Shown here piece after piece: positions 61,206 to 64,000 of a DNA stretch of 64,000 nt. The stretch is from an uncultured Candidatus Actinomarina sp. (GTDB lineage: Bacteria; Actinomycetota; Acidimicrobiia; Actinomarinales; Actinomarinaceae): contig CACJJR010000001.1 of the NCBI GenBank assembly GCA_902593795.1, positions 4,170-68,169 on the forward strand, given 5' to 3'. The notes under the pieces are model-generated. The model was not told where the DNA came from and ran no database searches. It saw only the letters and a list, made by a program, of their open reading frames with translations. The number at the start of each line of letters is the position of its first letter. Within the stretch, counting starts at the first letter, position 1. The translations under genes and the position numbers were made by a program.

Positions 61206-61817
61206 ATGGAAACCTTTAATTCAGACCCAAAACCGGGAAGAATTGTACTGCCTCTGGTATTAATTGGGATGATTGCTACAACTTATACTTTCATTAATAG
61301 AGTAGCAACAAATAATGATCTAGAAATTGTTGCTGAAGAAACACCTGTTGAAACAATCTCAGATGAAACTGTTGTTGAAGATACTTCTACAACAACTACA
61401 ACTACAACACTTCCTGACAACTATGTTGCATATCTTGAAGAAATTACTGCTGAAAAAATTCAGGCTACTGAATTAGGTAAAGATGTACTCGAAGCAAACG
61501 AAAACTGGGATAATCAATCTGTTTCATACCAAGAAGCTAAAGATGAATTTAGAGCTTTTATTGAAACAGCAGCAAACTTTGTAACTACAGTTTCTGAACC
61601 TGGTCCACCAAATGAATTTGCAAATTTAGTTACAAGTCATGAGGAGCTTAAAACACTAGTCAATTTAATATCTGCAGATACTGTAGAGTTGCTTGCTGGT
61701 CTAGAATCTTCTGATACTGGTGAGCAAAGGGCAGCAGCTTTAGACTCTTTCAACAAAAATCTAGATCAATTTATTAAAAAGATTGAAGAAATAGTTGCTT
61801 CAGCAACTTCTAACTAG
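61206..61817 (+). CDS. Membrane-anchored acidic protein with Thr-rich linker
   Basis: N-terminal TM, then TSTTTTTTTLP, then helical domain. Confidence 0.75.
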   Translation: METFNSDPKPGRIVLPLVLIGMIATTYTFINRVATNNDLEIVAEETPVETISDETVVEDTSTTTTTTTLPDNYVAYLEEITAEKIQATELGKDVLEANENWDNQSVSYQEAKDEFRAFIETAANFVTTVSEPGPPNEFANLVTSHEELKTLVNLISADTVELLAGLESSDTGEQRAAALDSFNKNLDQFIKKIEEIVASATSN

Positions 61818-62838
61818 AAGCTCCAGAACAAACAGTATCAATCATCAACATAGCAATCACGTAAGGATCACCATTTGCATTTGGTCGCCTGTCTTCTAAA
61901 TATCCTTTTTTGTCAACTTCAACCTGCCATGGAATTCTGATAGAGGCACCTCTGTCACTAACTCCATAGGAAAATGTGTCGAAACTTTGAGTTTCATGAT
62001 CTCCTGTTAATCTGTCTTCAATGTTTGCACCATAATTTTTAACATGCAAATCTGCATTTTTACCTAGAGCTTCACACCCAGCAACAATTGCTTCATAGCC
62101 TCCGTCTTCTCGCATTTGTTTTGTTGAGAAGTTTGTATGCATACCTGCACCATTCCAATCTCCTTTTACAGGTTTTGGATCTAAGGTTGCAGAAATGTTC
62201 CAATCTTCAGCAATTCTATAGAGCAACCATCTTGCAACCCATACGTGGTCACCAATATCTGGTGCTCCAACTGGACCGATTTGAAATTCCCACTGACCTG
62301 GCATAACTTCTGCATTTGTACCAGATATACCTAATCCAGCCTCTATACACGCTGTTGCATGTGCCTCAGAGATGTCTCGTCCATATACTTCGTCTGCACC
62401 CACTCCACAGTAATAGCCTCCTTGTGGTGCTGGGTATCCTGATGGGGGAAAACCAAGAGGTTGTCCATATTTAAGAGAGTCGTAAGATTGCTCATAAAAT
62501 GTATATTCTTGTTCCATACCAAACCATGGTTCAAACTCACTAAAATTTGAAGCTGATTCTACTAATGCTGCTCTTGTATTTGATGCGTGAGGTGTCATGT
62601 CTACATTCATAACTTCACACATTACCAATATGTTATCTCCACCTCTAATTGGGTCTGGAAATTGAGCAACTGGTTTTAATACACAATCAGATTGGTCCCC
62701 TGTTGCTTGTTGTGTACTTGAACCATCAAAGCCCCAAATTGGTGGCTCCGTTCCTTGTTCCATTATTTTTGTTTTACTCCTTAATTTTGCGGTAGGAGTT
62801 AGACCGTCAATCCATATATATTCTGCTTTTATCTTCAT
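61810..62838 (-). CDS. glnII: Glutamine synthetase type II
   Basis: AEYIWIDG, LRSKT, WGFDGSST, YYCGVG, NAEVMPGQWEFQIG, DWNGAG.HTNFST, EDRRP; 342 aa. Confidence 0.96.
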   Translation of the reverse strand: MKIKAEYIWIDGLTPTAKLRSKTKIMEQGTEPPIWGFDGSSTQQATGDQSDCVLKPVAQFPDPIRGGDNILVMCEVMNVDMTPHASNTRAALVESASNFSEFEPWFGMEQEYTFYEQSYDSLKYGQPLGFPPSGYPAPQGGYYCGVGADEVYGRDISEAHATACIEAGLGISGTNAEVMPGQWEFQIGPVGAPDIGDHVWVARWLLYRIAEDWNISATLDPKPVKGDWNGAGMHTNFSTKQMREDGGYEAIVAGCEALGKNADLHVKNYGANIEDRLTGDHETQSFDTFSYGVSDRGASIRIPWQVEVDKKGYLEDRRPNANGDPYVIAMLMIDTVCSGASS

Positions 62839-62871
62839 GAAAATAATGTAATATATAACTCAGACAATGTT

Positions 62872-62898
62872 GTTACAGAATTATTAAATAATTGTTTC
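62872..62898 (-). promoter_or_regulatory. Candidate GlnR box upstream of glnII
   Basis: Minus strand GAAAC-n6-TTAAT-n6-GTAAC, 11-bp phased partial match to the actinobacterial GTnAC-n6-GAAAC consensus. Confidence 0.4.
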
Positions 62899-62901
62899 GA
62901 G

Positions 62902-63531
62902 ATGATAGATACATATATAAACATAGACAAAGAGCACAAAGGCTTTGAAGAATTATTAAAGTCTTCTGGGGTTAAAAAGCTCTCAATAAAAAAAATTGAA
63001 AATCCTAAACAAATTCATCTTGTTGTAAGTTCTTTATCAAAATACGGTGAAACAAAAAAAAACTTGTCCGATCTCGAGTCTTCAAATAAACCTTTTCCTA
63101 CGTTAATTATTGTTGACAGTGTTGACTTTGAACAAACTGTTGAATTAATTCAGAACCCTCAAATTGAATTAGTCTCTAGCAATAGTAACTTAGAGGAGGT
63201 TAGCGCAAGAGTGCATGCCCTAGTTGGAGATAGTGAGTCAGAGATGCTTGAATTTAAAGATCTTACTATTAACTTGAAAACTTATGAAGCAAAAGCTGGT
63301 GAAGTATTACTTGATCTTACATTTATGGAATATGAATTATTGAAATTTTTTATCGTAAATCAAGATAATGTTTGGTCAAGAGAGCAGCTTTTAGAAAAAG
63401 TATGGGGATATGATTATTTTGGTGGAGCTAGAACTGTCGACGTTCATGTAAGAAGGCTTCGAGCAAAACTAGGTGAAAATAGAAACGACTGGATTAAGAC
63501 AGTTCATTCAGTGGGTTATAAATTTAACTAA
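62902..63531 (+). CDS. glnR: GlnR-like OmpR-family regulator with atypical receiver domain
   Basis: LDLTFMEYELLKF, REQLL..VWGYDYFGGARTVDVHVRRLRAKLG; divergent from glnII. Confidence 0.85.
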   Translation: MIDTYINIDKEHKGFEELLKSSGVKKLSIKKIENPKQIHLVVSSLSKYGETKKNLSDLESSNKPFPTLIIVDSVDFEQTVELIQNPQIELVSSNSNLEEVSARVHALVGDSESEMLEFKDLTINLKTYEAKAGEVLLDLTFMEYELLKFFIVNQDNVWSREQLLEKVWGYDYFGGARTVDVHVRRLRAKLGENRNDWIKTVHSVGYKFN

Positions 63532-63871
63532 AGCTATTTCCGCAGCCACAAGTTCTGGATACATTAGGATTGTCGATGGAGAATCCTGTTTCCATTAATC
63601 CTTCTTTGTAATCAAGAGTAGCCCCTTTAATATGTTCTAAGCTTTGTCCGTCTACAACAATATTTACGCCGGCATACTCTTCTATTATGTCACCATCAAA
63701 TTTGTCAGTATCAAAGAACATTTCATAAGAGTAACCTGAACAACCTCCCGGTTTTACTCCCATCCTAAGAAAGCTATCTTCCGCAGTTTCCTCAGATTTA
63801 AGTTCTACAAGTTTTTTTACAGCACCATCAGTAGCTAATATAGCTCTTGATGATTTAATTTGTATATCCAT
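63524..63871 (-). CDS. HesB/IscA A-type Fe-S carrier protein
   Basis: GGCSG, LDY, F.I.NPN...TCGCGNSF. Confidence 0.95.
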   Translation of the reverse strand: MDIQIKSSRAILATDGAVKKLVELKSEETAEDSFLRMGVKPGGCSGYSYEMFFDTDKFDGDIIEEYAGVNIVVDGQSLEHIKGATLDYKEGLMETGFSIDNPNVSRTCGCGNSFS

Positions 63872-64000
63872 AGTGCAATTATAACAAGAAAATAGATATT
63901 CAATAAATTAATAATTACATCTTTCTTAAATCAACTTAGAATATTCATATGGTACAAAGTGATATTTTACTTAAACATCTATCAACAGTATTCGATCCTG

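Noticed and set aside
7622-62540. Short nested ORFs (7622, 9807, 18988, 19357, 21349, 25594, 26073, 27185, 30449, 32384, 34220, 36444, 37796, 38548, 45959, 47616, 47853, 53363, 53725, 58351, 58377, 58473, 62088, 62343)
   Set aside because: Antisense or off-frame within well-supported genes, with no recognisable motifs
1-64000. CRISPR array, integrase, transposase, prophage or rRNA
   Set aside because: No spaced repeats or recognisable mobile-element, phage or rRNA sequence seen by eye; intergenic gaps are too short

Overview
Very AT-rich, densely packed bacterial window. It most plausibly comes from a streamlined marine actinobacterium (Acidimicrobiia / Ca. Actinomarina-like); this is an inference from GlnR, GSII, an MpaB/DUF2236 protein, a poly-Thr membrane protein and leaderless starts. 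About 1-58.7 kb is a large cell-envelope glycan island: roughly 20 soluble glycosyltransferases, at least 6 GT-C-like and 3 O-antigen-ligase-like membrane proteins, gmd/fcl, four O-methyltransferases, an SDR-cupin-C-methyltransferase fusion, AsnB, OafA, an ABC flippase, a priming transferase and TagA/WecG. Four tRNA genes (Phe, Asp, Lys, Arg-UCG) interrupt its right part. Core genes follow (argS, glnII, glnR, iscA-like). The best candidates for undescribed systems are (i) a duplicated, translationally coupled pair of a small two-cysteine membrane-anchored protein and an O-antigen-ligase/oligosaccharyltransferase-like protein, and (ii) an araD / gtrA-rpe / NTase-phosphatase / 2H-phosphoesterase / NTP-transferase / GT2 operon that may activate a ketopentose for lipid-linked transfer. 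Also seen: a degenerate tRNA-Phe relic, a probable ATT start for fcl, an in-frame TGA splitting a GT-C gene, and a CDS running into an antisense tRNA. All functional calls come from motif recognition by eye; no searches were run.
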